64,000 nucleotides of DNA from Bacteroidales bacterium (GCA_014860625.1 JACZJJ010000088.1:89443-153442); one strand, 5' to 3'; numbered from the stretch's first letter, positions 18,113 to 28,891 are shown. Notes: generated by a model from the letters alone, not told the origin. Numbers and translations: made by a program.

Positions 18113-20044
18113 ATGAATAGATCATTCCTTTCATTGGGGTTTATCCTTACCCTCAGTTTTGGTGTTTTTGCCAGTACACCGGCCATTACAACCGACACTG
18201 CTCACTGGTATATGGAGCATAGTTACGATGTTCTGCAGTATAAACTGGAGGTCGATTTGTATGACAACTATGCAGCCCCCTACCCCAAAACCTTCACCGC
18301 GGTTGAGACCATCACATTCAGGGTGGATTCTGCACTGAATTCAATTCAGCTAAATGCCATCAATACATCACTGGGGATTGATGCCGTGGGACTTGCTGCC
18401 AATTCGTTCAGCCACGCCAACGACACCCTGACGCTGTTTCTGAACCAGACGTATAACCCCGGAGATGTGGTAGAGGTGAAAGTGTGGTACCATCATCTTG
18501 ACATTGCCGACCAGGGCCTTTACGTATCTGCCGGGTTTGTTTTTACGGATTTCCCTCCCGAAGGGGCCCGCAAAGTGTTTCCCTGCTGGGACCGTCCCTC
18601 CGACAAAGCCACCTGGGACCTGACCGCCAAGGTGCCTGTTACAGTCAGGCTTGGCTCAACCGGTTACCTTGCCGATTCCACGATTGTTGCCGATACGCTG
18701 TGGTACCACTGGGTATCTGACAACCCGGTTTCAACCTACCTGATCACATGGACATCCTACAACAACTGGAACATCAATGTGTCCTATTGGAACAATACCT
18801 ACAACCCGAATGACAGCATACCGATCTGGCTCTATAAAAAACCGACGGAAAATATTACCAATGCCGTTGCCAGCATCCCTTTGATCACCGATTTTTTTGC
18901 AGAGAAATTCGGGGTATACCCCTTTTCAAAGATCGGGTTTGCGACCATTACTACCTTTCCATGGGGTGGGATGGAAAATCAAACCATGGTAAACCTCATG
19001 CCCAACGGATACAGCAATGAAGCGTTAATTGCACACGAACACTCCCATATGTGGTTTGGCGACCTGATTACCTGCGGCACATGGGCCGATATCTGGCTCA
19101 ACGAAGGGTTTGCTACCTATTGCGCCCAGTTATGGGTTGAGGAACAGAATGGATATTCTGCCTATAAAAGCAAGATGAACTCCCTGGCCAACAGCTATCT
19201 GAGCGGCAATCCGGGATGGCCGTTATACAATCCGGAATGGGCTATCCATACCCCGGGCCCCAACTCCCTGTACAATGTGGCTGTATCCTATAATAAAGGG
19301 GCCTGTGTCTTGTTTCAACTGCGTTACGTGCTTGGCGACTCCCTTTTCTGGGAGGTGATGAATGCCTATTCTACGGATACCAATTTCATTTATAAATGTG
19401 CTGTTACAGAAGATTTTGTGGCAATAACCAACAACGTTACCGGAGAAGACTACAGTTGGTTTTTCGATGAATGGGTATACGCACCTAATCATCCTTTCTA
19501 CGAAAATGTTTGGGAAATGGAAGACCTTGGAGGTGGACAATTCAAGATTATCCTCGAGATGAATCAGACCCAAACCAATACGGTGTTTTTCAGGATGCCG
19601 ATAGAAGTTCAGGTAGATTTCAACGACGGAACAGATACGATCGTGACCGGGTGGAATGATACCAACCAGCAAACGCTGGAGTGGATCTTTAACAAGTATC
19701 CCATCAATGTCACCTTTGATCCCAACCGGTATATTTTGCTTAAACACGGGACCACTGTGGTGGCGGAAAGGGAAATGGAACCCTCCGGTTTTTTTCTGAA
19801 CCAGAATAGCCCTAATCCCTTTGGGGAACAGACCACCATATCCTATTCAACGGATCGTGAGAGCAATATCCGAATCATCCTGCTCGACAATACCGGAAAA
19901 TCAGTCAAGACTCTTGTTGACAGATCACATATGCCTGGGAAATACAGCGTTACACTGCAAGGGGAGAATTTATCATCAGGAATTTACTATTGCAACATGG
20001 AGTCCGGAGCAAAGGTCCAAACTATAAAATTAGTGAAGAGGTAA
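18113..20044 (+). CDS. M1-family metallopeptidase with a T9SS C-terminal domain, paralog 2
   Basis: The ORF track starts at 18068, inside the upstream gene. The ATG at 18113 gives the signal peptide MNRSFLSLGFILTLSFGVFA. Motifs GGMENQ and HEHSHMWFGD...WLNEGFA. C-terminal ...LSSGIYYCNMESGAKVQTIKLVKR. Collinear similarity to paralog 1 is visible by eye. Confidence 0.85.
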   Translation: MNRSFLSLGFILTLSFGVFASTPAITTDTAHWYMEHSYDVLQYKLEVDLYDNYAAPYPKTFTAVETITFRVDSALNSIQLNAINTSLGIDAVGLAANSFSHANDTLTLFLNQTYNPGDVVEVKVWYHHLDIADQGLYVSAGFVFTDFPPEGARKVFPCWDRPSDKATWDLTAKVPVTVRLGSTGYLADSTIVADTLWYHWVSDNPVSTYLITWTSYNNWNINVSYWNNTYNPNDSIPIWLYKKPTENITNAVASIPLITDFFAEKFGVYPFSKIGFATITTFPWGGMENQTMVNLMPNGYSNEALIAHEHSHMWFGDLITCGTWADIWLNEGFATYCAQLWVEEQNGYSAYKSKMNSLANSYLSGNPGWPLYNPEWAIHTPGPNSLYNVAVSYNKGACVLFQLRYVLGDSLFWEVMNAYSTDTNFIYKCAVTEDFVAITNNVTGEDYSWFFDEWVYAPNHPFYENVWEMEDLGGGQFKIILEMNQTQTNTVFFRMPIEVQVDFNDGTDTIVTGWNDTNQQTLEWIFNKYPINVTFDPNRYILLKHGTTVVAEREMEPSGFFLNQNSPNPFGEQTTISYSTDRESNIRIILLDNTGKSVKTLVDRSHMPGKYSVTLQGENLSSGIYYCNMESGAKVQTIKLVKR

Positions 20045-20072
20045 TTTCACTTCTCACTACTTCGCTGTCTCG
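20045..20072. repeat. Short strand-asymmetric (pyrimidine-rich on +) spacer with loose 7-nt periodicity
   Basis: The minus strand reads gcgagac agcgaag tagtgag aagtgaa. It resembles the GAAG-type 7-mers at 41371 and 56957. It fills the gap between convergent stops. Confidence 0.3.
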
Positions 20073-22529
20073 CTAATTAAATTCAAGCGGATTCTTCACC
20101 TTGATCTTCAGCAACGCTTCGGTGTTGATCTCCTTCATCTCCTCGATGAAGTGGAAAGTCAATCCCTTCACATAGTCGGTCTTGATTTCGTCGATATCCT
20201 TTTTATTCTCTTTGGACAGAATAATATCGGTAATGCGTGCCCGTTTTGCCGCGAGGATCTTTTCCCTTATCCCTCCTACCGGCAGCACTTTCCCGCGCAG
20301 GGTAATCTCACCGGTCATGGCCAGGTTCTTCTTCACCTTTCGCTGGGTAAATGCAGAAGCCAGAGCTGTAAAGATGGTGATCCCGGCAGAGGGTCCATCT
20401 TTCGGAGTGGCGCCTTCAGGAACATGGATATGAATGTTCCATTTTCCAAAAATATCAGGATCGATCCCAAAATCTGATGCATGCGCTTTCAGGTATGCCA
20501 GGGCAATGGAGGCTGATTCTTTCATGACATCGCCGAGGTTTCCTGTCAGTGTAAAATCGCCTTTCCCTTTATGCAGGCTCACCTCAATAAAAAGAATCTC
20601 TCCTCCGTGAACAGTCCAGGCCAGTCCTGTTACAACTCCTGCCTGTTCGTTGTTGATATGCTTATCCACCTGAAAAAGAGAGGCGCCCATGATTTTTGTC
20701 AGGTCATCCTTCTTCAGGGTCTTGGCAAACTTGTCGTGCATCACCACGTTGGTGGCACGGGAGCGGATGATCTTGGCAATAGATTTTTCAAGGCCCCTGA
20801 CGCCCGATTCACGCGTATAATCTTCAATGATCTTGGATAGGATATCATTTGGAAATACGACCTGGCTTTTCTTTAAACCATGCTCACCCAATTGCTTGGG
20901 GATCAGGTGTTGAGTGGCAATTTCAATTTTTTCTTCCAACAGATAGCCAGGGATCTCAATGATTTCCATCCTGTCTCTGAGTGCCGGGTGTATCGTACTA
21001 AGCGTATTGGCCGTTGCAATGAACATGATACGGGAAAGGTCGTACTCAATCTCCAGGAAGTTATCATAAAACGCCACATTCTGCTCAGGATCAAGCACCT
21101 CCAGCAGAGCAGCCTGGGGGTCTCCACTGTAATTCATGCCGGCAACCTTGTCGATCTCGTCAAGCACAAAGACCGGGTTTGAAGATTTCACCTTCTTAAT
21201 GCTCTGAATAATCCTTCCTGGCATGGCACCAATGTATGTCTTCCGGTGCCCGCGAAGTTCCGACTCATCACGAAGTCCGCCAAGCGACATCCGGATATAC
21301 TTTCTGCCGAGAGCGCGTGCTATCGACTTCCCTAGAGAGGTTTTTCCAACCCCCGGCGGTCCTACCAGGCAAAGGATCGGCGACTTCAGATCGCGTTTGA
21401 GCTGTATAACTGCCAGGTATTCAATGATTCGTTCCTTCACCTTTTCAAGGCCGGTATGGTCTTTGTCCAGGACCTTTTTCGAATGAGAGAGATCCAGGTT
21501 ATCGTTGGTATATTCGTTCCAGGGGAGTTGAACCAGTGTCTCAAGGTAGTTGATCTGAATCGAGTATTCGGCCGCTGCCGGATGCATCCGCTGCAGCTTG
21601 GTGATCTCCTTCTCAAACACATCGGCAACCTCCTTCGACCATTTTTTGTTTTTGGCCTGTTCCCGCAACGAATTCACTTCCTGCATGTTCGGTCCGCCTC
21701 CAAGCTCCTCCTGTATCGTCTTTAACTGCTGATTCAGGAGGTAGTCCCGTTGCTGCTTATCCATCTCTGTTTTGACCTTTTCCTGAATGTTGTATTTCAG
21801 TTCTAGAACCTGAAGTTCTTTGGTGAGATGCCTTAAAACCAGGTTAGAGCGTTCATGAAGGTCTGAAACCTCCAGCAACTGCTGCTTTTCGGAGAGGTCA
21901 ACATTAAGGTTGGATGAAATAAAGTGGACAAGGAAGGAGGTACTCTCGATATTTTTAATGGCAAAAGCCGCTTCGGAAGGGATGTTCGGAGATTTATTGA
22001 TGATCTGAACCGAGAGATCTTTCAGGGAGGAGATCAATGCACCAAACTCCTTATCCTCATTGAATAACTTATCAGGATTCCCGTAAGCTTCCACACGTGC
22101 CTTGATGAAAGGCTCCGACTGGATCAGTTCCGTTACGCGAAACCTTCGTTTTCCCTGAATGATGGCTGTTGTACTGCCATCAGGCATCTGCAGGATCTTG
22201 ATGATCTGAGCCACGGTGCCAACCTCATTGAGATCCTCAAACTCAGGGTCTTCGATGTTTGCATCTCTTTGAGCCACTACACCGATGATCCGAGTTGCTT
22301 TGTAGTACTCCCTGATCAGGGCGATCGATTTGTCGCGCCCAACCGTAATGGGAATTACCACACCCGGAAACAGCACTGTGTTTCGAAGCGGAAGAATCGG
22401 CAGTATTTCGGGAACATCCTCTGCATTCATCTGCTCCTCATCTTCGGAAGAGAGCAAAGGGATAAATTCGGTTTCAGAATCCAGAAGATCTGAAACGGTC
22501 AATATATTGTTTTCAAGTGATTTTTCCAT
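20073..22529 (-). CDS. lon: ATP-dependent Lon protease
   Basis: About 818 aa from the ATG at 22529; the ORF track starts at an upstream TTG at 22544. Walker [10 protein letters not shown]. Catalytic serine context [10 protein letters not shown]. Confidence 0.95.
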   Translation of the reverse strand: MEKSLENNILTVSDLLDSETEFIPLLSSEDEEQMNAEDVPEILPILPLRNTVLFPGVVIPITVGRDKSIALIREYYKATRIIGVVAQRDANIEDPEFEDLNEVGTVAQIIKILQMPDGSTTAIIQGKRRFRVTELIQSEPFIKARVEAYGNPDKLFNEDKEFGALISSLKDLSVQIINKSPNIPSEAAFAIKNIESTSFLVHFISSNLNVDLSEKQQLLEVSDLHERSNLVLRHLTKELQVLELKYNIQEKVKTEMDKQQRDYLLNQQLKTIQEELGGGPNMQEVNSLREQAKNKKWSKEVADVFEKEITKLQRMHPAAAEYSIQINYLETLVQLPWNEYTNDNLDLSHSKKVLDKDHTGLEKVKERIIEYLAVIQLKRDLKSPILCLVGPPGVGKTSLGKSIARALGRKYIRMSLGGLRDESELRGHRKTYIGAMPGRIIQSIKKVKSSNPVFVLDEIDKVAGMNYSGDPQAALLEVLDPEQNVAFYDNFLEIEYDLSRIMFIATANTLSTIHPALRDRMEIIEIPGYLLEEKIEIATQHLIPKQLGEHGLKKSQVVFPNDILSKIIEDYTRESGVRGLEKSIAKIIRSRATNVVMHDKFAKTLKKDDLTKIMGASLFQVDKHINNEQAGVVTGLAWTVHGGEILFIEVSLHKGKGDFTLTGNLGDVMKESASIALAYLKAHASDFGIDPDIFGKWNIHIHVPEGATPKDGPSAGITIFTALASAFTQRKVKKNLAMTGEITLRGKVLPVGGIREKILAAKRARITDIILSKENKKDIDEIKTDYVKGLTFHFIEEMKEINTEALLKIKVKNPLEFN

Positions 22530-22614
22530 GATCACACAGGTCAATTTGTCACAACAAGTGAATAATATAGTCTGGCAGGGGTATAGACAAGATTTGTGCC
22601 AGCATTGGCAGGAA

Positions 22615-23805
22615 TCAGATTCTCCTGTTTTTCAAGGTTATATTGAAGACACTTTTCATCAGGTCCTGTTCGATGGCATCAAAATCCCTGTTTCGGCGTT
22701 TGTAGACTGCTTCTGCTACCTCCATAGCTTTGTCCAGCTTATAATTGGAGTGTCCCGCCGTGCTGCCCCAGGTGAAGGAGGGGATAAAGTTCCTTGGGAA
22801 ACCTGTTCCAAAGATGTTTGCATTAACCCCAACAACGGTACCCGTATTGAACATGGTATTGATACCGCTCATGGAGTGGTCTCCCATAATTAAGCCGCAA
22901 AACTGCAGATGGGTATTGATGAAGGTCTTTTTACCATAGCTCCAAAGCCTGATATCATCGTACGTATTTTTCAGATTGGAGGTGTTGGTGTCAGCTCCCA
23001 GGTTACACCATTCGGAGATGACAGAATGTCCGACGAAACCATCGTGCGCTTTATTCCCGTAGCCAAAAAATACAGAGTTGTTCACCTCTCCTCCAATTCT
23101 GCAGTGAGGGCCGAAGGTTGACGGACCATATATCTTGGCTCCCATCTTAACCTGGGTTCCTTCGCATACTGCTATGGGGCCGCGTAACATTGCCCCTTCC
23201 ATAACCTCAGCGTTGGCTCCGATATAGATTGGTCCATTCGTCGCATTCAGGTAGGCGCCTTCCACACGAGCCCCTTGTTCAAGAAAGATCTCGCCGATTC
23301 CGGTAACTCTGTTCGAAGTGCTAATAGGTTGGGATTTCCTTCCCTTGGTAATCAGTTTGAAGTCCTCGCGAAGAGCCAGATCATTTTTCGTAAAGATGTC
23401 CCATGTATGGTTGATCTTTAATGGAGCATCTTCCAAAACGATCTCTTCAATTCCGTCCGAGGCCGAATCGCCGAGAGAATCAAGGTCTTCAGCTGTCACG
23501 TGAAGTGCGAGAATGGTATCATTGAAAGCAAGGGTCTGGTCGTGTTTCAGGTTCCTAATCGCCTTAACCATTGCAGCATCTGGGCACACTGAACCATTGA
23601 TCAGAATATTGTGATCTTGTTTTACAAAGGGAAATTTCTTGGAGAGGTACCCTTCAGTTAACGAAGAGGTTTTTACATTCAAATACTTTTCCCATTTCTC
23701 CCGAATAGTCAGGATTCCAACCCGGATGTCGGCGACCGGTCGCAGATAAGTTAGTGGCAGCAAGTTGGTTCTTACGATGCTCTCGTCAAAAAGAATGTAG
23801 TTCAT
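22615..23805 (-). CDS. GlmU-family putative sugar-nucleotidyltransferase/acyltransferase (left-handed beta-helix)
   Basis: 396 aa. The hexapeptide-repeat-rich C-terminal half and N-terminal NYILFDE... resemble Bacteroidota proteins annotated as GlmU family. Specific activity unknown. Confidence 0.6.
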   Translation of the reverse strand: MNYILFDESIVRTNLLPLTYLRPVADIRVGILTIREKWEKYLNVKTSSLTEGYLSKKFPFVKQDHNILINGSVCPDAAMVKAIRNLKHDQTLAFNDTILALHVTAEDLDSLGDSASDGIEEIVLEDAPLKINHTWDIFTKNDLALREDFKLITKGRKSQPISTSNRVTGIGEIFLEQGARVEGAYLNATNGPIYIGANAEVMEGAMLRGPIAVCEGTQVKMGAKIYGPSTFGPHCRIGGEVNNSVFFGYGNKAHDGFVGHSVISEWCNLGADTNTSNLKNTYDDIRLWSYGKKTFINTHLQFCGLIMGDHSMSGINTMFNTGTVVGVNANIFGTGFPRNFIPSFTWGSTAGHSNYKLDKAMEVAEAVYKRRNRDFDAIEQDLMKSVFNITLKNRRI

Positions 23806-23830
23806 TTAATAATTCCTTGGTTCTTACTGA

Positions 23831-23838
23831 CAAATGTA
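23831..23838 (-). promoter_or_regulatory. Candidate -7 promoter box (TACATTTG) for the GlmU-family gene
   Basis: Exact TAnnTTTG on the minus strand, 25 nt upstream of the ATG at 23805. Confidence 0.35.
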
Positions 23839-23851
23839 TGAATTAAGCAAG

Positions 23852-23891
23852 AAAAAAAGCCTCCGAATGAAAAAATCGGAGGCTTTTTTTT
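23852..23891 (-). terminator. Rho-independent terminator downstream of L31 (hairpin flanked by A and T runs, potentially bidirectional)
   Basis: aaaaaaa-GCCTCCGA-atgaaaaaa-TCGGAGGC-ttttttttt: an 8-bp GC-rich stem. On the minus strand the hairpin is also followed by a T run. Confidence 0.7.
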
Positions 23892-23908
23892 CAAATATTT
23901 TCAACAAG

Positions 23909-24178
23909 TTACTTGTTTTCTTTCTTATCAAGATGTTTCTGATAGCGGGTCTTGAATTTGTCAACACGACCGGCGGTATCCACAAACTTCATTTTGCCTG
24001 TGTAAAATGGGTGAGACATGTGTGAAATCTCGAGTTTTACAAGAGGATATTCCAACCCGTCTTCCCATACAATCGTCTCTTTCGTTTTGACAGTCGATTT
24101 CGACATGAAAGCATAATCGTTCGAGATATCTTTAAATACAACTAGTCTGTAATCTTTCGGATGAATATCTTTTTTCAT
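23909..24178 (-). CDS. rpmE2: 50S ribosomal protein L31, type B (no CxxC zinc motif)
   Basis: [17 protein letters not shown]...HPFYTGK. The ORF track extends upstream to 24229, but the ATG at 24178 gives the canonical N-terminus. Confidence 0.9.
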   Translation of the reverse strand: MKKDIHPKDYRLVVFKDISNDYAFMSKSTVKTKETIVWEDGLEYPLVKLEISHMSHPFYTGKMKFVDTAGRVDKFKTRYQKHLDKKENK

Positions 24179-24206
24179 TTTCAGGCAGATTTTATAAATG
24201 AGGGTG

Positions 24207-24214
24207 CAAAAATA
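24207..24214 (-). promoter_or_regulatory. Candidate -7 promoter box (TATTTTTG) for L31
   Basis: Exact TAnnTTTG on the minus strand, 28 nt upstream of the ATG at 24178. Confidence 0.4.
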
Positions 24215-24244
24215 ATGATTTTTCTCCAATTACCAGCGCTTCTG

Positions 24245-25285
24245 TCAAATTTTTTCCAGAAGAAATTTCATTGTATCCACGCCATCGGCATAATCAGAAA
24301 GGGATGGATTTTGGGTTTCTCCCGGTGAGACCATCCCTGAATTCTTAAACGTTGCAACCAGTCCATCGCGGACTACAATACATTGAATCTCGTCTTCCTT
24401 CCTTGAAAGGGCCGAAGAGACCTGCTGGATATCCTTGTAATATTCATAATGAAGAACCGCCACAGGGGTTGCAGTTGAATCTGATTCCATGAGCAGGTAA
24501 AACACGCCGTCGAGAAATCGTTTCCGGTTAACCAGACAGATTGATTTGTAGTAATCAATATTGTTTCTGTATTTGGGATGGTGGAAGATTTTCTGGTACT
24601 GTAAAAAGGCTTCGTGCAGAGGCTTAAGATCATATCCCTGAGGGAGGTACAACTTGGAAATATTTCTGCATCCGAGCCCGAAATAGGAGAAGATATCCGA
24701 TGCAATCTCTTTTAGCTCTGCCACAGATTCGTATCCATCGAGGACAGCGACACCTGTTCGGTTCTTACGGATGATGTGGGGATATTTCCCAAAGTAGTAG
24801 CTGAAATAACGGGAGGTGTTGTTGCTGCCTGTTGCGATCATGGCATCAGGTCTTTCAATTTCACTTGTTGTTAGAGTAAGGAATTCTTTCCATTCCGGAT
24901 CAATGCTCATAAGCTGTTCTACGATCGCCGGGATGAGTTTTGAGTCCTGAGAGGAGAGCCGTGCGATCAGGTGGTGTCCCGTGACAAGAACGGAGAGCAT
25001 GTCGTGAAACCCAACCATCGGGATGTTTCCTGCCATCACCACTCCTACCCTTTTAGGCTCTGTTATTGCCATGATTCTCGCTCTGTAGGGATCGAGCCAG
25101 CGATCGAGTGTTGATTGATTCAGACTGCTTCCCCAATATCGAATCGCCAGAAGAACATTTTCAGGTGTGAACCATGGATTCTCTGTTTCTGCCTCCTCCA
25201 TCGCTTTAAAAAGATGGTCCGGCAATTGGGACCGAAGGATTTCCCCCAAGCGGGAAAAGGAAAAAATTCGCTGTTCGAGCTTCAT
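24245..25285 (-). CDS. LuxC-like acyl-CoA reductase family protein
   Basis: About 346 aa from the ATG at 25285 (MKLEQRIFSF). The promoter box at 25303-25310 supports this start. The assignment comes from overall resemblance to Bacteroidota proteins annotated as acyl-CoA reductase and is moderate. Confidence 0.55.
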   Translation of the reverse strand: MKLEQRIFSFSRLGEILRSQLPDHLFKAMEEAETENPWFTPENVLLAIRYWGSSLNQSTLDRWLDPYRARIMAITEPKRVGVVMAGNIPMVGFHDMLSVLVTGHHLIARLSSQDSKLIPAIVEQLMSIDPEWKEFLTLTTSEIERPDAMIATGSNNTSRYFSYYFGKYPHIIRKNRTGVAVLDGYESVAELKEIASDIFSYFGLGCRNISKLYLPQGYDLKPLHEAFLQYQKIFHHPKYRNNIDYYKSICLVNRKRFLDGVFYLLMESDSTATPVAVLHYEYYKDIQQVSSALSRKEDEIQCIVVRDGLVATFKNSGMVSPGETQNPSLSDYADGVDTMKFLLEKI

Positions 25286-25302
25286 GTTCGGCGATTTTTT
25301 TG

Positions 25303-25310
25303 CAAATTTA
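25303..25310 (-). promoter_or_regulatory. Candidate -7 promoter box (TAAATTTG) for the LuxC-like gene
   Basis: Exact TAnnTTTG on the minus strand, 17 nt upstream of the ATG at 25285. Confidence 0.4.
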
Positions 25311-25354
25311 CACATTCAAAACCGAACCTGAGAGAAATCTGACTACCCTGTCCT

Positions 25355-26290
25355 ATGTGTCGATCGATATCGCTGAAATGTATTGTCATCGTAACCTACA
25401 TTGCAATCCTGTTCCCGCACACCCTTTCCCTTCAGGCTCAAACGCAGCAGCCGCTTGCAGCAGTTGAAGAGGAGTTGAGCGCGTTATTCGACTCCATCAA
25501 TGCCACTGCAGGCGATGAAGAACGCCTCAGCCTGGGTCTTCAATATTCATCGATGCTTCACAATGCCTTGATTCTGGATGGGTCGTTTGAACATCCCTTT
25601 CCCCTGTTACCATATCTCTCGAAGCTAACTTCTCCGGATGAAAGGTTCAGGATTTTCACATGGAATATTCCTCTCCATTCCGGGATGAACAAGTTTTACG
25701 GGATCATTCAACTGAAACCGGACAAAACAGATTCCCTGGCAGTGGTCGATCTTGTAGATCAGATAGACGGAATTGAAGATCCTGACCATCAGGTGCTATC
25801 TCCCGAAAAGTGGTTTGGAGCAGTTTATTATAAACTGATCCCTCACCAAACGGTTCATGGGCAGGTGTTTTATACACTTCTGGGGTGGCGGGGAGAGAAC
25901 ATGCTGATGACTTCACGACTCATTGACGTTCTGGCATTCCTGCCGGAAAATGAAATCCGGTTCGGTAAAAAGGTGTTTTGTGATTTTGCTGAAGTCAAAC
26001 CCACGCGGATCCTTTTCAGGCACAGTGCCAACGTAACAATGTCCCTTCGTTATGAAGAGCAATCCGTTGTCATCAGCAAAAAGTGGAATGCCCGACGTAA
26101 GGAATTCATATACACCAATGAAAGGGCATGGATGATTGTATCAGACCGGTTGATTCCTGCGAACCCTCAGCTGGAAGGACAGTTTGAATACTATATTCCT
26201 GCAGGTGATGTGATGGACGGATTTTTATTCAGGGATGGTTGCTGGAATTTTATCCAGGAAATTGATGCCCGGAATCCGGAGATAAAATAA
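25355..26290 (+). CDS. Hypothetical secreted protein
   Basis: 311 aa with an N-terminal hydrophobic signal-like segment ending ...LSLQAQ. No motif recognised. Confidence 0.55.
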   Translation: MCRSISLKCIVIVTYIAILFPHTLSLQAQTQQPLAAVEEELSALFDSINATAGDEERLSLGLQYSSMLHNALILDGSFEHPFPLLPYLSKLTSPDERFRIFTWNIPLHSGMNKFYGIIQLKPDKTDSLAVVDLVDQIDGIEDPDHQVLSPEKWFGAVYYKLIPHQTVHGQVFYTLLGWRGENMLMTSRLIDVLAFLPENEIRFGKKVFCDFAEVKPTRILFRHSANVTMSLRYEEQSVVISKKWNARRKEFIYTNERAWMIVSDRLIPANPQLEGQFEYYIPAGDVMDGFLFRDGCWNFIQEIDARNPEIK

Positions 26291-26334
26291 GTTTCAACCC
26301 TCAGGAAACGCTTGTTTTTACCTCAAATATGTAT

Positions 26335-26342
26335 TATTTTTG
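26335..26342 (+). promoter_or_regulatory. Candidate -7 promoter box (TATTTTTG) for serC-serA
   Basis: Exact TAnnTTTG with a TTG 20 nt upstream (26312-26314). It lies 88 nt before the serC ATG. Confidence 0.3.
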
Positions 26343-26430
26343 ATCTCTCCGGAATGTTAGGAAACAAATGAAATTTAACTTAATATTGCATGAACTTTCT
26401 ATTGTTAATAAATGATCAAATCACGATTGT

Positions 26431-27501
26431 ATGAAAAAACACAATTTCAACGCAGGTCCCTCTATTCTTCCTAGAATCGCGGTGGAAAACTCTGCAAAAG
26501 CTATCCTGGACCTCAACGGAAGCGGTCTGTCACTTCTGGAGATATCCCACAGACACAAAGATTTTCAAGCAATTATCGACGAAGCTTCGGCACTTTTCAA
26601 AGAGTTAATGAATATTCCGGACGGGTATCATGTACTTTTTCTAGGAGGAGGAGCGAGCACACAGTTTGTGATGGCGCCTTACAATCTTCTGCAAACCCAG
26701 GCTGCCTACCTAGAGACCGGTGTTTGGGCTAAAAAAGCGATCAAGGAGGCAAAGCTATTTGGAAACGTGAATGTTGTGGCATCCTCTTCAGACAAGAATT
26801 TCAGTTATATCCCAAAAGGGTATTCCATCCCCGCAGATGCCGATTATTTCCACATCACGACCAACAACACCATCTACGGAACAGAGATCAAACATGACAT
26901 GGACTCCCCAGTACCACTGATTGCGGATATGTCGTCCGACATCCTGAGCCGTCCTACAGATGTCAGCAAGTATGCTATGATCTATGGTGGTGCACAGAAA
27001 AATCTTGGTCCGGCAGGCGTTACGTTTGTCATTATCCGTGAAGATATCCTTGGTAAAGTTGACCGGAAGATTCCTTCGATCCTGGATTACAAGATCCAGA
27101 TCGACAATGGCTCGATGTTCAACACACCTCCCTGTTTTGCCATTTACACCTGCATGGAGACTCTGCGTTGGATCAAGGGACTGGGTGGTCTTAAAACGAT
27201 CCAGGCCATGAATGAAAAGAAGGCTAATCTGCTTTACGATGCCATCGACAACAGTACAATGTTTGTGGGCACCGCTGCACGTGAAGACAGGTCATTGATG
27301 AACATCTGCTTTGTGATGAAAGAAGACTACAAAGAGAAGGAAGATGCCTTCATGGAGTTTACAAAAACCAAAGGGATGGTGGGTATCAAAGGACACCGGT
27401 CGGTAGGCGGTTTCCGCGCTTCCACTTACAACGCTTTGCCTATTGAGAGCGTGCAGGCCCTTGTTGACTGTATGCATGAGTTTGAAAATGAAAATATGTA
27501 A
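26431..27501 (+). CDS. serC: Phosphoserine aminotransferase
   Basis: 356 aa. NFNAGPS start and PLP-lysine context [12 protein letters not shown]. Confidence 0.9.
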   Translation: MKKHNFNAGPSILPRIAVENSAKAILDLNGSGLSLLEISHRHKDFQAIIDEASALFKELMNIPDGYHVLFLGGGASTQFVMAPYNLLQTQAAYLETGVWAKKAIKEAKLFGNVNVVASSSDKNFSYIPKGYSIPADADYFHITTNNTIYGTEIKHDMDSPVPLIADMSSDILSRPTDVSKYAMIYGGAQKNLGPAGVTFVIIREDILGKVDRKIPSILDYKIQIDNGSMFNTPPCFAIYTCMETLRWIKGLGGLKTIQAMNEKKANLLYDAIDNSTMFVGTAAREDRSLMNICFVMKEDYKEKEDAFMEFTKTKGMVGIKGHRSVGGFRASTYNALPIESVQALVDCMHEFENENM

Positions 27502-27504
27502 ACT

Positions 27505-28428
27505 ATGACAAACGTATTGATTGCCACTGATAAACCTTTCGCACCCGTTGCTGTTAAAGGCATCCGGGAAGTTGTGGAAGAGGCCGGGTTTGAACTCGGA
27601 TTACTGGAAGGCTACACCAGCAAGGAAGAGCTGCTCAATGGCGTGAAAGATGCCGATGCCATGATCATTCGTAGTGACAAAGCGGATAAAGATGTGATTG
27701 ATGCAGGCCAGAATCTCAAGATTATCGTTCGTGCGGGGGCAGGTTACGACAACGTAGACCTCCAGGCAGCTACCAATAAAGGAATTGTGGTGATGAACAC
27801 ACCCGGGCAAAATTCCAATGCGGTTGCAGAACTTGCTCTGGGGATGATGACCTATTATGCCAGAGGTTTTTTTAACGGTAAATCCGGCACAGAACTCATG
27901 GGCAAGACATTGGGGATTCATGCCTATGGCTGGGTGGGGAAGAATGTTGCCAGAATTGCCAAAGGATTTGGGATGAATGTTTACGCTTTTGATCCCTTTA
28001 TTCCGAAAGAGGAGATTGAGAAAGACGACGTGAAATGGGTGGCTACCGTAGAGGAACTGTACAAGGCATGCCAGTATATCTCACTGCATATTCCGGCAAA
28101 TGCACAAACCAAAGGATCGATCAACCATGCACTTCTCTCGCTGATGCCTAAAAAAGGGGTTCTTGTAAATACTGCCAGGGCTGAGGTGATTGATGAAGCC
28201 GATCTGTTGAAAATCTTTGCTGAACGGGATGATATTGCTTACCTATCGGATGTAGCTCCTTCCAATCTTGCTGATTTTCAGGAAAATTATTCATCCAGAA
28301 TATTTTGTACCCCAAAAAAAATGGGAGCACAAACTTCAGAAGCTAATGTTAATGCAGGAATCGCTGCTGCAAAGCAGATTGTGGCATTCCTGCGAAATGG
28401 GGATAAAACATTTCAGGTAAATAAATAA
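27505..28428 (+). CDS. serA: D-3-phosphoglycerate dehydrogenase (short D-2-hydroxyacid dehydrogenase form)
   Basis: 307 aa. NAD-binding GIHAYGWVGKNVA. It starts 3 nt after serC. Confidence 0.8.
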   Translation: MTNVLIATDKPFAPVAVKGIREVVEEAGFELGLLEGYTSKEELLNGVKDADAMIIRSDKADKDVIDAGQNLKIIVRAGAGYDNVDLQAATNKGIVVMNTPGQNSNAVAELALGMMTYYARGFFNGKSGTELMGKTLGIHAYGWVGKNVARIAKGFGMNVYAFDPFIPKEEIEKDDVKWVATVEELYKACQYISLHIPANAQTKGSINHALLSLMPKKGVLVNTARAEVIDEADLLKIFAERDDIAYLSDVAPSNLADFQENYSSRIFCTPKKMGAQTSEANVNAGIAAAKQIVAFLRNGDKTFQVNK

Positions 28429-28465
28429 ATGTTTGTATATTCGTGCTTATCAAATCCTCTCTTCT

Positions 28466-28891
28466 ATGGAAAATGAACAGGAAAGGTCCACTACTTTTTT
28501 CAGATTTGAAGATCTAAGAATCTATCACAAATCTCTTGATTACATCAACTGGCTCTATTCGCTGGCCACTTCGGTACAGGATGAACCACTTGCCAAATCG
28601 TTCTTTGACCGTTTTCTGGCTTCTGCACACAGCATTACATTGAACATCGCAGAAGGCTCTTCCCGAAACAAAAGCCAATTTGTCTATTACCTTAAAATGG
28701 CCAAGAGCTCAGTTCGGGAATGTGTTGTTATCTCTTCAATTGGCCAAACCAGGGCATTTATCAATGAGGCTGATTTTGAATACTCAAAAAACCAGCTGAT
28801 GGAGATGACAAAGATGATAGGAGCACTTATTGGAAGCTTGCAACGGAGCGTAAAAGCAAGTGATTCTGATATGGACGATGATCTCGACTAA
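28466..28891 (+). CDS. Four-helix-bundle protein (23S rRNA intervening-sequence protein family, TIGR02436-like)
   Basis: The ORF track starts at a TTG at 28433; the first ATG is at 28466. Family-typical FRFEDLRIYHKS...NIAEGSSRNKSQFVYYLKMAKSSVRE. Confidence 0.8.
   Translation: MENEQERSTTFFRFEDLRIYHKSLDYINWLYSLATSVQDEPLAKSFFDRFLASAHSITLNIAEGSSRNKSQFVYYLKMAKSSVRECVVISSIGQTRAFINEADFEYSKNQLMEMTKMIGALIGSLQRSVKASDSDMDDDLD

Noticed and set aside
26368-26415. 15-codon uORF (MKFNLILHELSIVNK) in the serC leader, a possible attenuation peptide.
   Set aside because: It has only one Ser codon and I see no alternative terminator/antiterminator hairpins downstream. Small ORFs like this are expected by chance in AT-rich leaders.
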